The notes under the pieces are model-generated. The model saw only the letters and a list, made by a program, of their open reading frames with translations, was not told the DNA's origin and made no database searches. This document shows, piece by piece, positions 27,370-42,632 of a stretch of DNA of 64,000 nt. This DNA is from the human T2T-CHM13v2.0 reference genome, Homo sapiens. The stretch's first letter is position 1, and the number at the start of each line of letters is the position of its first letter. A program made the translations under genes and the position numbers. The stretch lies in the NCBI RefSeq assembly GCF_009914755.1, contig NC_060936.1; one strand, 5' to 3'.

Positions 27370-28200
27370 ATTTTGAGTGCACTGGTATCCTATGTTTAAT
27401 TTTCTGAAGAATCGCCAAACTATTTTCAAAAACGACTCTACCATTTTCCATTTCCACAAGCAATATGTGTGTGTATACATACACAATGTGTGCATATATA
27501 TGTATATATATCATATATATATTCTCATCAGACATATAATTTGCAGATATTTTCTCTCATTCTGTGTTTCTCTTTTCACTTTCTTGATAGTATCCTTCAA
27601 AACACAAAGGTTTTAGTTTTTATTAAGTCCAATTTATTTCTTTCTCGTTTGTGGTTTTGATGTAATATATAAGGACATACTGTCTAAAGTCATGAAGATT
27701 TATACTTTTGGTTTTGTACAGGAGTTTTATAGTTTTAGATCTTACATTTAGGTCTTTGATCCATTTGGAGTTAACGTTTTTTGTATATATTGTGAGACAG
27801 GAATTCAACTTCATTCTCTTGCATGTGGATATTCAGTCATCCAAACTCCATTCATTGAAGAGATTATTTTTTCCTCATAGAAGGATTTTGGCACCCTGTC
27901 AAAAATTAATTGGCCATGCAAGTTTAGGTTTATTTCTGGGCTCATGATTCCACTGCATTGGCCTATGTATCTATCCTTATGCCAGTACTACAGTCTTGAT
28001 TACTGTAGCATTGTAGTGAGCTTTGAAATTGGGAAGTGTGAGTCCTCCACTTTTGGCTTTTTCAATAGTGTTTTAGCTATTCTGGGTCTCTTGCATTTCC
28101 ATAGGGTTAGCCTCTCAATTTTTGCACAAAAGCCACTGGGATTTTCACAAAGATTGCAATAAATCTATAGGGCAATTTGGGCAGTGTTACCTATAATTTC
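27370..28200 (-). mobile_element. Old L1 ORF2 fragment
   Basis: cttacatttaggtctttgatccatttggagtta and cagtcttgattactgtagc...ctttgaaattgggaagtgtgagtcctcc. Confidence 0.8.
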
Positions 28201-30194
28201 AGCCTAAATTCCCTCTTTAATCAAGAGTTATTTAAAAATTTTGCCTATCCTTTTGTTGCATTTTTATTACATGATTAGAAAATGTGACATTGTGAGTTCT
28301 GATGCATAGATTTTGTTGAAATCATCTTTGTTCTCTAATCCAAAATCCGTTTATTTGATGTTCCATAGACATTTGAAAACAATTCTCATCTATAATCATC
28401 TATGTTTTTGTGTCTATGTATGTTCACACTTTTAAATCATGTTATTTAAATCCTTGTTTATTTTTACTTACTTGATATATAAGTTTATAAGAGGGTTTAT
28501 TGATAGTTTCCACCATGATTGTGGATTTGTGATTATTTCTGTATTTCTAACAGTTAAAAAAAAACATGTAATTTGAAACTCTGTTGTTAGACCATAAGGA
28601 ATGCTAACTATTACATCTTCATGGTCACTTATTTCCTTTATTCTATTTTTTTTGCAGTGATTAGAGGACAAAGTATATCCCCTCCAAATTTTTGATACAT
28701 ATTGAATTTCTATTTTAATAATCAATAGTTGAAGTGAATAAACATGCGCCAAAGAAGACATTACACTTTAGTGCTCTTTCCATATCCCTTCTATAGCCCC
28801 CTCCTCAGTACTTCCCATCTTGAAATCATTTAGGCTTTTGTTTCTACAAAATTTATCTTTTACATTGCATATTAATAATGAATTAGTCATAATGATAACT
28901 TCCAAAGTATTTATTGCAATAATTAATGCATTTAAACTGTTTGGTATGATGCCTGGCACATACTAATCACTCAGTAATGTTTGCAATGATGATGAAGAGT
29001 ATCAGTATTACTGTCATTCTGCACTGAGCCATTCTTCTCTCTCTACAAGGTCTCTTAGAGTGACCTTATCTTCAGCTTTTACTGTCACTGCTGCCTGGAT
29101 GAAAAACTTACCTTGACTCTGCTCAGGAGCTCCCTTGTTTTATTTTCCATTTCCACTATAGATTACCACTTAGATATTACACCAGAACATCAAGCTCAAC
29201 ACATCCAAACTAGTCTGTCTCCTAACTTCCCAATTTCCATTCACAAAACAAGCATTCTTTCCTTTTACTCATCTGAAATGTTGGGGACACGTTTGCTGCC
29301 CCTTTCGACTTGCCCTCAGCATGACAGTTGAGCCCAGTGTCTATATCAAGCAGGTGCTCATTTAATGTTTGCCTTCTTCCCTCTCCTTTAATTTCAATAT
29401 ATTGTTAAGCCCTGCAAAAACTTATAAAAATGCCGCTTCTATTCATCTTCCCCATTATGGCTGCCTCCTCTCAATGTATTTTTTTAATCTAATAATTGAG
29501 TGAGACTCCCAGATTTCCTCCTTATTTTTTAATTTCTTCTCCCTTCTACTATTTTTGCAGGTTAATCCTCCTCAAACATAGCGTTAATCATACATTTGTT
29601 ATATACCACCAAACTGGCTGTTGCTTTGAACGTAAGTCCAAACCACTCAGGCCACCACTCCAGGCTTTTTACTGACATGGGTCTAAACTACATCACCCAC
29701 TTCCTGCTTTATGGACAGTATGCATCTGTTAAAATGACACACTGCTGCTTTCCTGAAAACACCAAACACTTTCTTAATAGCGTGGTTTTATCCTTGACAT
29801 TTCTTCTACCCACAAAGCTTTCTTGAAGCATCTCTGCCTATCAAAATCCTACCCATCCTTCCAGGACCTTCTTAAAAACCACTCTTGTCAAAAAGCTTCA
29901 ATTCACACACCACATATGATTTGCCTCTTCTATGAATCACTATAGCATTTTATGTGTCTCTTGTAGTGATGAAAATATTTTTTCTTTAAATTACAGATTT
30001 TCAGGATTTTTTATCTTAATCATTTACCCAATTATAAGATTTATAAAGGGCTTTGCCCTACTTCTACTTTAAATTTTTGTAGGCCATTCTTAGTGTAGCA
30101 TATTTCACAAATTAGCACTCAATAAATATTTGTCGAGTTTAACAGAGGCTGTATCATTTAAGGCAAAGCAAAGATAAATGATTGTCTCTCCAAC

Positions 30195-31465
30195 ACATGG
30201 TGTGGGAAAAACTAGATATCCATATGCAGAAGAATGAAATTGGACCCTTATCTCATACTGTGTACAAAAATCAACTCAAAATGAATTAAATATTTCAGCA
30301 TAAGACCTGAAACTACACAGCTGCTAAATAAAACATAGGGGAAAATCTTCTTGATAATGATCTGGGCAATTATTTTTTGGATATGACACCAAAAACACAG
30401 GCAGCAAAAGCAACAATAGATAAGATTGCATCAAACAAAAAGCTTCTGCACTGCAAAAGAAACAATCAAAACAGTGAAAAGACAATCAATGGAATGGGAG
30501 AAAATATTTGCAAACCATATATCTGATAAAAGGCTAATATCTAAAATATAGAAGGAACTCAAAGAAAACTTAATAGCAAAAGCAACAAATAACCTGATTT
30601 TAAAATGGGCAAAAGACTTGAATAGACAATCCTCACAAGAAGACATAAAAATTGCCAACATGTATATGAAAAAATACTCAACATCATTAATTATCAGAGA
30701 AATGCAAATCAAAACCACAATGAGATATCACCTTACACCTGTTAGAGTGACTACTACCAGAAAGACAAAAGATACGTGTGGGCAAGAATATGGAGAAAAG
30801 GAAATCCTTGTACGCTGTTGGCGGAAATGTAAATTGGTACAACAATTATTGAAAACAGTACGGTGACATTTTTGCTGATATATATATATCAGCAAAATAT
30901 ATATATCAGATTACGGATATATATATATATCACATAAACAAAAAATGGGTGTATTATTTAGCCTTTAAAAAAAGGAAATTCTGCTATTTTAGAAAATGTG
31001 AATAAACCTGGAGGAGATTATGCTAAGTGAAATAAGCCAGGTACAGCATGACTAATAGTGTATGATCTCACTCATGTGAAATCTAGAAAATCTGAACTCA
31101 CAGAAGCAGAGAGTAGAGTGGTGGTTACCATGGGCTGGAAAATGGGAGAAATGGGGAGATGCCTGTCAAATGGTACAAAGGTTCAATTATGCAAGATGAA
31201 TAAGTTCTGGAGACCTAATTCACAACAATGTGACTCCAGTTAACAGTACCACATTGTATAACTGAATTTTCTGAGGGTATATCTTATGTATTCTCAATCC
31301 ACAGGAAAAAAAGAAAAGAAAATGGTAACTATGTGAGGTGATGGATATGTTAATTTGCTTGATTGTGGTAATCATTTCACTGTATATATCTCTCTCAAAA
31401 CCTCAAGTTTTATATCCTAAATATATACAATTTTTACTTGTCAAGGATACCTCAATAAATCTTAA
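30195..31465 (+). mobile_element. L1MA/MB-type 3' region (end of ORF2 plus 3' UTR) with an internal deletion
   Basis: aaaagcttctgcactgcaaaagaaacaatc, gaaatgcaaatcaaaaccacaatgagatatcac and atggtaactatgtgaggtgatggatatgttaat. Confidence 0.88.
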
Positions 31466-32565
31466 AAAGGGATGATTCTGAAAGCATAACCAAGGTCTCT
31501 GAAACAGACTATATAAAATACAGACTTGTTTAAGTAAAGAAAGGCTATTTCTATAAGTGAATCTTTGCTTGGAGAATGAACTAGCTAAATATGACTCTGA
31601 ATAACACAAGAGAAGCATACACCATTTTTATGGTGGTAGACCTGAAGGAAACATGTACTTTGTAAGAAAACCAGACCACAGAAACAGCTGTGGCATATGA
31701 ATAGAAGTCTTTCTGAATATTTGATGAAGTGCCAGAGGTTGCCTGTTGCATACAGTTATTTAGAAATACTTGGCTATTGCATACGGTTACTTAGAAATGT
31801 TGCCTTTGGGGGGGAAAAAAAGAAATGTTGCCTTTGTTAATACAGACATAATAATAACAACTTTGAACTACCACACTGTACAGTCTGAGTAGATATAAGA
31901 AAATAATGGAATATAAATCTAGGAAAGCAGATTGCATCTTAATTTTAAAGTACTTTGAATACTGATACGCTTTCAGTCTCTTTCCTCTCTCTGCATCAAG
32001 ACTTTAGGAGCTATTTTTGGTATCTCCTTTATTTTGATCATCATAATCATTTACAGGTCCTTTAATAGTTTTTGCATCAGCATCATTTCCCTCCTTTCCA
32101 TTACTTATGCCATGTTAGTTCATTTGACCTCTTCCTACTCTAAGTAGGCTAGCTAAGCCGTTACCACTAGGGTCTCTTTCCAATCTATCCTACTCCCTGC
32201 TGTGTGGTTAACTTTCTGGAAGCACATCTCTATGATGGTGTTCACAGGATCAAAGCCAACCGAACAAGAAACAACAACAACAAATTACAATGGATTGCTT
32301 ACTAAATAAAATCCCAATACTGTAAGACTAGAGAGAGAGAGACAAAGAGAAAAAGACCCAAGTAGAAAGGTTACTCCCTTTACTCCTGTGGGTAGCTTGT
32401 TGTTCCTTGTTAGTCTAATATATCAATTTCTCTTCCTTTGTTTCCTCCTTTAAAAGTTAGTACTTCAGGCAATTCACTGATATTTAGGTAGTGTGTCCAT
32501 TAGAGAACTCTTTTTGCATAGCAAATGGAAAAAATATCTAAAGGATTTATCATCCCCAGGGTTGT

Positions 32566-32860
32566 TACTCCTTTGGCCCTTCTATGATGTCATTGAACTT
32601 TAAAATAACCCTATTCAATAGTAGATGCAAGTTATCAACATTCTTATTTTATACAGGTGATGAAATTGAGAAATAGAGTTTAATTTACTTCTGCAACATC
32701 ACAAAGCTAGTAGATGGGATAGTACTCAGGCCTTCTGAATCCTATTTAACTTTTCTTTCTACAATTAGTTATATTAGGAGAAATATTTAAGTGATCTATC
32801 AAATAACCTGGCCAGGCATGGTGGCTCACGCCTGTAAACCCAGCACTTTGGGAGGCTGAG
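32566..32860. repeat. Inverted duplicate of 37344-37639 (MIR-derived sequence plus the first 51 bp of an Alu)
   Basis: Base-by-base reverse-complement match with about 4 substitutions and 1 indel; flanked by GGTTGTTAC direct repeats. Confidence 0.95.
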
Positions 32861-32989
32861 CGGTTGTTACCAGTGTAGAAAAAAAAGACATGGTTATATG
32901 CTCCTGGGGGAAATATAAAATGGAATTGGTTTCATGATCAGAGGCACATATACTATGGAGTTTTGGTGTTTACCGTTTAAATAAACTTT

Positions 32990-33900
32990 ATTAGAATGTC
33001 ATTTTTGTATAATAAGATACATACACTGAAGTGTACTGTTAGGTGATTATTTTTCAAAAGTATATAAACACTACCCCAATTAAGATAAATTTCATCAACC
33101 CAAAGAGTTCACTCACATCCCTTTACTGTCACTCTTTCTCCACCCTTCACCAAAGGCAAACATTCTGCCTTCTTTTGCTATGGATTAATTTTTTCTATTT
33201 CAAAATTTTATGTAAATAGAGTCATATAGTGTGTATTCTTTTGTTCTGAGCTTCTTTAACTAGACAGTGCTTCTGAAATGTGTCCAGATTGGTATGTATC
33301 AGTACTTTATTCCTTATCATTACTGAGTAGTTCAAATGTAGTTCCTCTAAAATTTGTTTATATATGCACTTGTTGATATTTTTCCAATTTTTGCCTACTA
33401 TGAATAAAGCTGCTATTAAAATGCATATGTAAGTCTTTGTGTGGACATACGGTTTCATTTGTCTTGGGCAAATACCCAGGAGTGGAATTGCTAGGTTTAT
33501 AAGGTAAGTATATGTTTAGCTTTATAAGAAACTTCCAAAATGTTATCCAAAGTGGATGTACCATTTTACAATCCCACCAGTGATGGATGAAAGTACTGAC
33601 TGCTCCACATCTTGGCCAACACTTGATATCATCACTTCTTAAAATTTTAGACATTTTTATAGGTGTGTAGTTTTATTATGTTTTAATTTGCTTTGTTCTA
33701 TTAACTAGTGGTTGAGCATACTATCATGCGCTTATTGACCATTTGTGTATCTTCTTGTGAGAAAAGTCTGTTCAAATACTATAAATTAAAATTTTTAATT
33801 TTTTGCCTTCCTATTATTTAGTTATGAGTGTAATATATTAGTTCTTTATCAGTTGTGTTACAAATATTTTCTCCATCTGTGGTTTGCCTTTTCATTTTAT
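32990..33900 (-). mobile_element. Old L1 3' region
   Basis: atgaataaagctgctattaaaa...atacccaggagtggaattgctagg...ccaaagtggatgtaccattttacaatcccacca. Confidence 0.8.
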
Positions 33901-34325
33901 TAAAGATGGTTTTCCAAGAGCAGTTTTTAGCTTCACATGTAATTTAAAGAGCAGGCATCACCTGAAGCAAAAGAACAGAGGTGATGCCAATTTCAAAGAG
34001 CAGAAGTTTTTAGTTTTACATGCAAATTACATGCAACTTCTCACTTTTTCTTTAGTGACCAAAGTTTTAAGGACTCCAGCCTTAAGAAAATGCAAGCCTC
34101 AGCTTTGGCTTTCTACCTATCCATTATTCACTTGGGATGCTAGCAAATTGTAAAATTGGGCTAGAATCCAGGAAAATCTTACCAAAGTCCAAGAATGTGA
34201 CAGCCATTTTTGTTTATATTAGTAGCTATATTTATTGGGTACATAATATGCAATGAGTAGTGTGCTAAATACCGTACATAAAATATTTCACTTAATCTTT
34301 ACAAAAAGCCTTACTAAAGAAACGG

Positions 34326-35045
<720 letters not shown>

Positions 35046-35170
35046 TGGAGATTTAGAGTAAAAAAGTTATTATACTAAAAGCATATACATCATCAGTGGC
35101 AGAGGTAAAGTCTACCTGATTCCAAAGCCCTTTGAATCTTTGAAAATATGCAGTATCTAATAAATTTTTT

Positions 35171-35372
35171 GCTGGGCACAGTGGCTAATGCCTATAATCC
35201 CAGCACTTTGGGAGGCCAAGGTAGGAGGATCACTTGAGCTCAGACTAACCTGGGTAGCATAGTGAGACCTCATCCCTATAAGAGATTAAAAATAAAAATT
35301 AGCTATGTGTGGTGGTGAACACCTCTGGTCCCAGTCACTTAAGAAGTTGAGATGGGAGGATTGCTTGAGGCC
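35171..35372 (+). mobile_element. 3'-truncated AluJ-type element
   Basis: Left arm plus part of the right arm. Confidence 0.8.
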
Positions 35373-36344
35373 GGATCTTCTTTTCTTTTTTTTTCTTTCT
35401 CTTTTCATTCTGATTTTACAAATGACTCAGCATTTATTTTCACTTCCTTTGAGTGTGACTTTCTGTACTGAAGTAGATGGAAAGCAAAATAGTACATTTC
35501 CCTGACTTCCTTGCCACCAGGGTTCCACATTTGGTTAGATTGCACCAATTTGATGCACCTACACACATTTTGAAAAGTGGTCCTAAACAGGAAGTCCCCT
35601 TAATTCTGCTTTTGACTATTTACTAATGGTAAACATGGTTATAGAAATGTGGGGGTTTTATGCAGTGCCTGATCTCCTGTTTCATAGCTATCAAGAGGAA
35701 GTTGCAGTGGCAGCGGCATCAGCTTCTTGAGCTCTGAATTGCAGCTACAGTGTTTTGTTTGTTTTGTTTTGTTTTAACTTTAATAGCTGTATGGCAGATT
35801 CTCGAATACCGACCTTCCCGATTATGGCAGAGGAGGTAACTCCTCTGGGAGGTCAGTTTCATGGTGTTCAGGGAATCACTCCTGGAGCTCAGCTTATAAC
35901 CCACTCTTTCAGCCCTTCCAGTGATTTTATAATGATCTAACACCCTGTATTAAATCTGTTTTAAATACTTCAGATGGTTTCTCTTTCCAGCATTGAACCC
36001 TGCCTGATAAACACGGTAAGGACAGACATTCAACAATGGCCTCAGTAGCCAGTAATTAGCAGAGGCAGAGATAAACAGTTAGTTTAGGGATAAGAAATTA
36101 AGTCTTTGGGGAGGCAGGTGTGCCAGAGTCTCCATCGCAAGAAAAGAATGCACTATCCTAGTTAGCAGGGAACCAGAACAACAGCTTCAGAACAGGCTGT
36201 GCTGCAACGCAACCTGTTGGTTGAGTTGGCAAACATTGATCTTGGGAAATGGCTCCCAGACTTCCATTCTGGTTATCCTCCTCTATATGAATTTTAGTTA
36301 TTGAGTGTCTTTAAAATGTGGCAACAAGATGGGAACATAGTACT

Positions 36345-36658
36345 TTTATTTTTTGGTTGGAGGACAGGGTTTTGCTCTGTCACCCAGGCTAGAGTGCAGT
36401 AGTGCGATCATGGCTCACTACAACCTTGACTTCCCAGGCTCAATGCAATCCTCCCACTTCAGCCTCCCAAGTAGCTGGGCACAAGGGTTGTGTCACCACA
36501 CCCAGCTAATTATTTTGTTAATTTTTAAAAATTGTTTATAGAGACAGGGTTTCACCATGTTGCCTAGGCTGCTCTTGAACTCCTGGGCTCAAGCAATCCT
36601 CCTGCCTCAGCCTCCCAAAATGCACTTGGGATTACAAGTGTGAGCCACCCTGCCTGGC
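36345..36658 (-). mobile_element. AluJ-type SINE
   Basis: Antisense dimer with ctcctgggctcaagcaatcctcctgcc. Confidence 0.9.
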
Positions 36659-36981
36659 CTCAACTTTTGCATAACCAGCAAAGTTTACTCCAAACATACC
36701 TCTATCACTGCAGTCTAGGATTGCATTAGCTTTTTTGGAAGCTGTGTCATAACATTGGATCACATTCTGTTTCCAGTTAATGAAAATTCCCGCATCTTCA
36801 CTTAGCAACTGATGTTAATTCAAATCTACTTACCCTTGCACTTAGGCAGTTGATGTTTTGAAATTATGGAAGGACTGACCAAAAAACTATCTCCTTTCAT
36901 AGAATTCAATTATTTTTGTTCAAAGAAATTTGCATCAATGCCTTTAATTGCTCAGTTTTGCTACTATGGCAACATTGTTAG

Positions 36982-37428
<447 letters not shown>

Positions 37429-38699
37429 TAATATAACTAATTGTAGAAAGAAAAGTTAAATAGGATTCAGAAGGCCTGAGTACTATCCCATCTACTAGCT
37501 TTGTGATGTTGCAGAAGTAAATTAAACTCTATTTCTCAATTTCATCACCTGTATAAAATAAGAATGTTGATAACTTGCATCTACTATTGAATAGGGTTAT
37601 TTTAAAGTTCAATGACATCATAGAAGTGCCAAAGGAGTATTGATATAAAACAAGAAAAATGACCAGAGACCCTAAATTGAGTTATAATCAGACTAGCTTC
37701 TCTTGTTCTGCTACTTTTTTTCATTAAAGCATAGTTCCACAGTATAGAGAATTGGTCTGGAATTTAGGATACCTGGGTTCTAACTCCAATTTTCTCTCTA
37801 ACTAGTTGAGTAATGTTGGACAAATAACACAACCCGATAGGCTTTATTTCCTTAACCTAAAAAATAATAGGATTTACCTACATACTTTTAAAGATGCCTC
37901 TCAGCTCTCTGAATTTTTAAAAATCTGTCATGCTGGCCCACACTCAAGAATCACATAACTCTTATTTGCCCATTTAACTTTATCAAGGTACATCTCTAGT
38001 GGCATTCATGATTATTTTATTTATGATATAATATTTAGGCTGCATTTCAAATAGGAGCAGTGGCGCAGTCCCTATACGAGCAAAAGGCTTTTCAAGGAGT
38101 CCTAAAATACCAAAATGAAACCAACAAGGTTTAGTTCAAGTAATTCAAACAACCACTTGTGCTAAACTAGAAAGAATTTTTTACTCACTGAATATAAGTT
38201 TTATAGTTCAGGTCACCACCTATGGTACTAAAGACTTTAATAACAATAATGCATCCCGCTTGAATAAAAACAGCCTTTTAATATGAAATTTAAAAGATTC
38301 AGACAGTAGCAATCAATTATTTTTTCTTTCCTTTACAAAAAAAAGTACCACTTGAACTTTTATGCAAACAAATCTAAATGCTAAGAAAAGAACCTAAGTT
38401 AATATGAGCAATAGAAAAGAATGACAACTTGGGATATTAATTCCAGTTTTATGAAGCATATTTTTATTGAAAACCTGACATGATTAAATATTTGACAATT
38501 AAAATAAATATATTATTTATAACCCCACTATGGTAATGCAACTATTTTTAAAATTTTGTTTATTACTTCTTATAGGCATATATTTGAGTTCCTTAACTTT
38601 TTGAGAATCACCACCCTTAGGTCTTTGTACAGAGAGTCCATTATCCATAGAGAGTGTATATGATTGAGGAGAACCTTCTGGAACTTAGCTTAGCAGCTT

Positions 38700-39910
38700 C
38701 CAGATATCACTCTCTTGCTTTTCCTCCATCTTACTGCCTTCTTGTTCTCAGTCTCCTCTGCAGGCTCTTTCTCATCTCCTCCATCTCTAAATGTTGGAGT
38801 ACTTCTGGGATCAGTTATCAGACCTTTTCTTTTTTCTATCCTGCTAATTTACATGGCTTTAAATTTCATCTCTCTGCTGCTGACACACATTTATGACTTT
38901 AGCCCAGAGGTTCCCTCTTGAACTCCAAGCTCATGTGTACATTTTTCCCAAATTCATTTTCTTAGAAGCCCCAAAAATCACATATTCAAATGAATCCCCT
39001 GAATTCTCTGATGACTTACTGTACTCCAGGCTGCTATATCTCAGTAAATAGCAACTTCGTTCTTCTGGATGCTCAGCCCAAAAGCCTTGGAATCATTCTT
39101 GATTCCTTTCTCTCACATCCACAATCTAATTTGTAAGGAAGTCCTTTAAAATACATTCAGAATCCCAATACTTCTCACTTCCTCTCACTACCATCCTGCT
39201 CCAAATCATAATCTTTTCAACTAGATTGTTGCAATAGCTTTCTAACTTGTCTCTTTGCTTTTTTCTTTCCTCTTCTAAAGTCTACCTTTGGAAACAACAG
39301 GTCTTAATATGTAAACTATATCACATTGCTCCAGTCCTCAACCCCCACCTCTCCTACAAAGGCTTGCCATCTTATTCGGAGTGAAACACAAAGTCCTTAT
39401 CATGGCTTAAAAGGTCCTAGAAGATCTACACTTCTCCTCCACCACTGATCTGATCTTATCTCCCATGGCTGGTGCCCCACTCCCCATCCTATACCAGTGA
39501 TATTGGCCTCCTTTCTGTTCTAAGAATAATCCCATCTTGCATATTCCCGCTCTGGGGTTTTGCCCTTGCCATTCCCTTCTCCCTTAGATATCCACCTGGC
39601 TTACTCCCTCACTCTCTTCAGATGCCTGCTCAAATATCACCTGATCAGAAGGGTCTTCCTAATCACCCAAATAAAATAGCACCATTCACCTGAAGCCTTC
39701 ACTCTCTATCCCATTTTACCTTCCTTCGTTTTTCTCCTTAGCACCTATCTCTGACATATTACATATTATTTACTTAATGTCTATCTTCTTCAGCTAAAAT
39801 GTAAGATCTAGGATGTCTATTTTGTTCATTGTTGTATCCCCATCATCTAGAACAATGTTTGGCACAAAGTAAGTACTCAGTAGATATTTGTTGAACAAAT
39901 AAATAAACGA
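38700..39910 (+). mobile_element. L2 3' region
   Basis: Pyrimidine-rich L2-like body ending ggcacaaagtaagtactcagtagatatttgttgaacaaataaat. Confidence 0.75.
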
Positions 39911-42371
39911 ACCAGATAGTCTTAACCAAAGACTTAGACAAAATATACAGGGGCAGGTAAAAGTAAACATGCTATTCATTGATTTAATACAGTGAAAACA
40001 ATTGAACTAGAGTTATATATGGCTGAATCTCACAAAATATTGAGCGACAATGTAAGTTGCAGAAGACTATATATGTAAAATGTGATATCAAAATGTTTTA
40101 TATACATATTGTGTGTATGTGTGTGTGAGAGACAGAGAGAGAGACAGAGAGAGAGACTGAAAGGAGGAAAGAGAGAGAGAGGAAAGAGATGATCCATATT
40201 AATGATAAATACCAAAATCATACTACAAAATGAATGGTTGTTAACTGAGGGGATGGTAATGAGGACATATAATGATATTACTGTTAATGTTTTGAATGTC
40301 AAAACAAAAAAATTAGTTATATAGACCATACTGGAGACTTCTTAGGGGGTCACAAAGGAGAATTTATATCTTACATAATACAACCAAATAAAATTCTCAT
40401 TACACACCTTTGTTTTGCTTCAAAAACCTTCTGCACTACCAGGCATCTGGTCTCTACCTTTTTTTTAAAACTTATTTTGGGAAATTTCAAACATGTAAAA
40501 AAGTAGAAAGATTAGTACATTAAACACCCACGTACTGGGATTTCTGCTTCTTGTCAAAATGGAATAAGAGGGACTGGATTTACTCTGTAGCCTGAAACAA
40601 GTTTCAAGACAATGCGCAACAAAGGACAGTGACCCCAAGAGAGGGGAAACAAATAAGGTGAGGCTAAGATTGCCCCAGTTTATTGTCAGGAGAGAAGTTC
40701 CAGGCTGTGTACCAGAAAGGAGGAGCCCAATGACCATTGCCATTTATTGTAAACCTGTTCTTTAGGGCCATAGGAACAATGAAAGGATACACAACACTCA
40801 GAAACGTTCCTCTTGTATGGATAGGCAGAAAATACTCTCATTTAGAGGCAAGCAGCAGAGGTCAGGAGCAGGTCTTAGCCATGGGCAATGGAAGAGAATG
40901 CTTTCTAGCCCATCAATAAAAACTAACATTGGCCCTCTCCCCTTCTATCCCCTTTCTCCTTTAAGAAGGCTTAAGCTTCTGGGAAGAACAGACAAGAAAC
41001 ATCAAGGGATAAATAAACCAAAGTTTAAAAGTCTTATTAAACCAAAACCTGGTGATTCTTGATGCCTGTTTCATATGAAGTTCTCTTACAACAAATAAAA
41101 TGACATTTAAAGAAAGGTTTCTGTTAATAAGAATGCATAATCATAAACAGAGGTGCTCAGACCTCTTTGTTTACACCACTGATCATATGATGTGGGACAG
41201 GAAAGCATTGGTATTAAAATGCTTTCTGCTGCTTAATGAAACCAAACCTCTAGAGCACCCTGGACCATGATCCTCTTTGCAGGTGTATTCCTTAAATTTC
41301 ATGCTTAATTTGTAGACTCATGTTTTTCTCTTATTTTTAGATAATCCTACAGGAGGCCTACTCCTAATGTATTTCTTTGTGTATAACTCAAAGTCTTCCT
41401 AATGCCATTTTGTGACATGTGGTAACTCTTTACTATTCATGCAACACATTTGTATAGAATACTGTGCATAAGACAATAAGCTAGGAGATGGGAGGGATGC
41501 AAATTTCAAAAAGGCATAGACCCTTATTTCAAGGAATGTAGAGTCTAAGGGGCAAAATAAAGCAAGCGTATGACTATAATAAAAAGTACAATAATAAGTA
41601 CTATAAGACAATGCTCTCAGAAAGTTTTGGATTTGGAAGGGATCTAAATGGTATAGTAGCTTTACTCATTTTAGACATGAAGAAACTGAAAGCCAAAAGA
41701 TTAAATGACTCATTTCATGCAGTACATGGGACAGCAGGGTGGGTTAGAAAGAACAGTGGACTTAGGGGTCAGAGAACCTAGTGTGATTTTGAATTTCAGT
41801 CCTTGCTAGCTTTCACAAAGGACAAATGATAAAGCCTTCTATCCTGGTTAAAGATCAAATGAGACAATAAAAGAGTTTTATAGACTATGAGGCAAAATAA
41901 AAATGTAAAATATTACTACAATTGTAGAACTGGGAATAGAACCCAAACCTCCAAATTTTCAGACCCTTGTCCATCAGGTATTAAAGTGAAATGTTTTTCC
42001 ATGACTTTTAGTTAACAATTTAGGCAATTCACTCACTTGCATAGTTAGAGTAGAATATAATTATCAATCATCGCATACATATGTTGTTTACTTGAATCCT
42101 ATGACAATTCCCCACCTGTCTGAGTTATATATAGAAAAATAAAACAGATGCTCTCACTACAAAACTTTCTTGGCTAATTCTTACCGTAACATAGGATAAA
42201 AATTTTATCCAACATTTCTCAATAACGTGTTGTTTTTTCAGTTGTATTCTGGTTTCTTCCTTATAAGCAGTGTTAGTGTTGAGCAATTAAAAAGAAAAAT
42301 AAACATCAGGAACTTTGTAGATCAAAACTAGTGAACACATCCTAGAGGTATTTAAGAGAAGTGATAGCATC

Positions 42372-42632
42372 GGCCGGGCAAGGTGGCTCACGCCTGTAAT
42401 CCCAGAGGCCGGGGCGGGCGGATCACAAGGTCAGGAGATTGAGACCATCCTGGCTAACACAGTGAAACCCCGTCTCTAGTAAGAATACAAAAAAATTAGC
42501 CGGGCGTGGTGGCAGGTGCCTGTAATCCCAGCTACTCAGGAGGCTGAGGCAGGAGAATGGCGTGAACCCAGGAGGCAGAGTTGCAGTGAGCCGACATCAT
42601 GCCACTGCACTCCAGCCTGGGCAACAGAGCGA
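42372..42632 (+). mobile_element. AluY-like SINE lacking its 3' end and A tail
   Basis: Diagnostic gagaccatcctggctaacac and gagaatggcgtgaacc; flanking repeats GAAGTGATA(G/A)CATC. Confidence 0.9.

Noticed and set aside
27623-33654. ORFs resembling reverse transcriptase C-terminal segments (e.g. 30618-30866, 27623-27814)
   Set aside because: Fragments of dead L1 ORF2 with stops and frameshifts.
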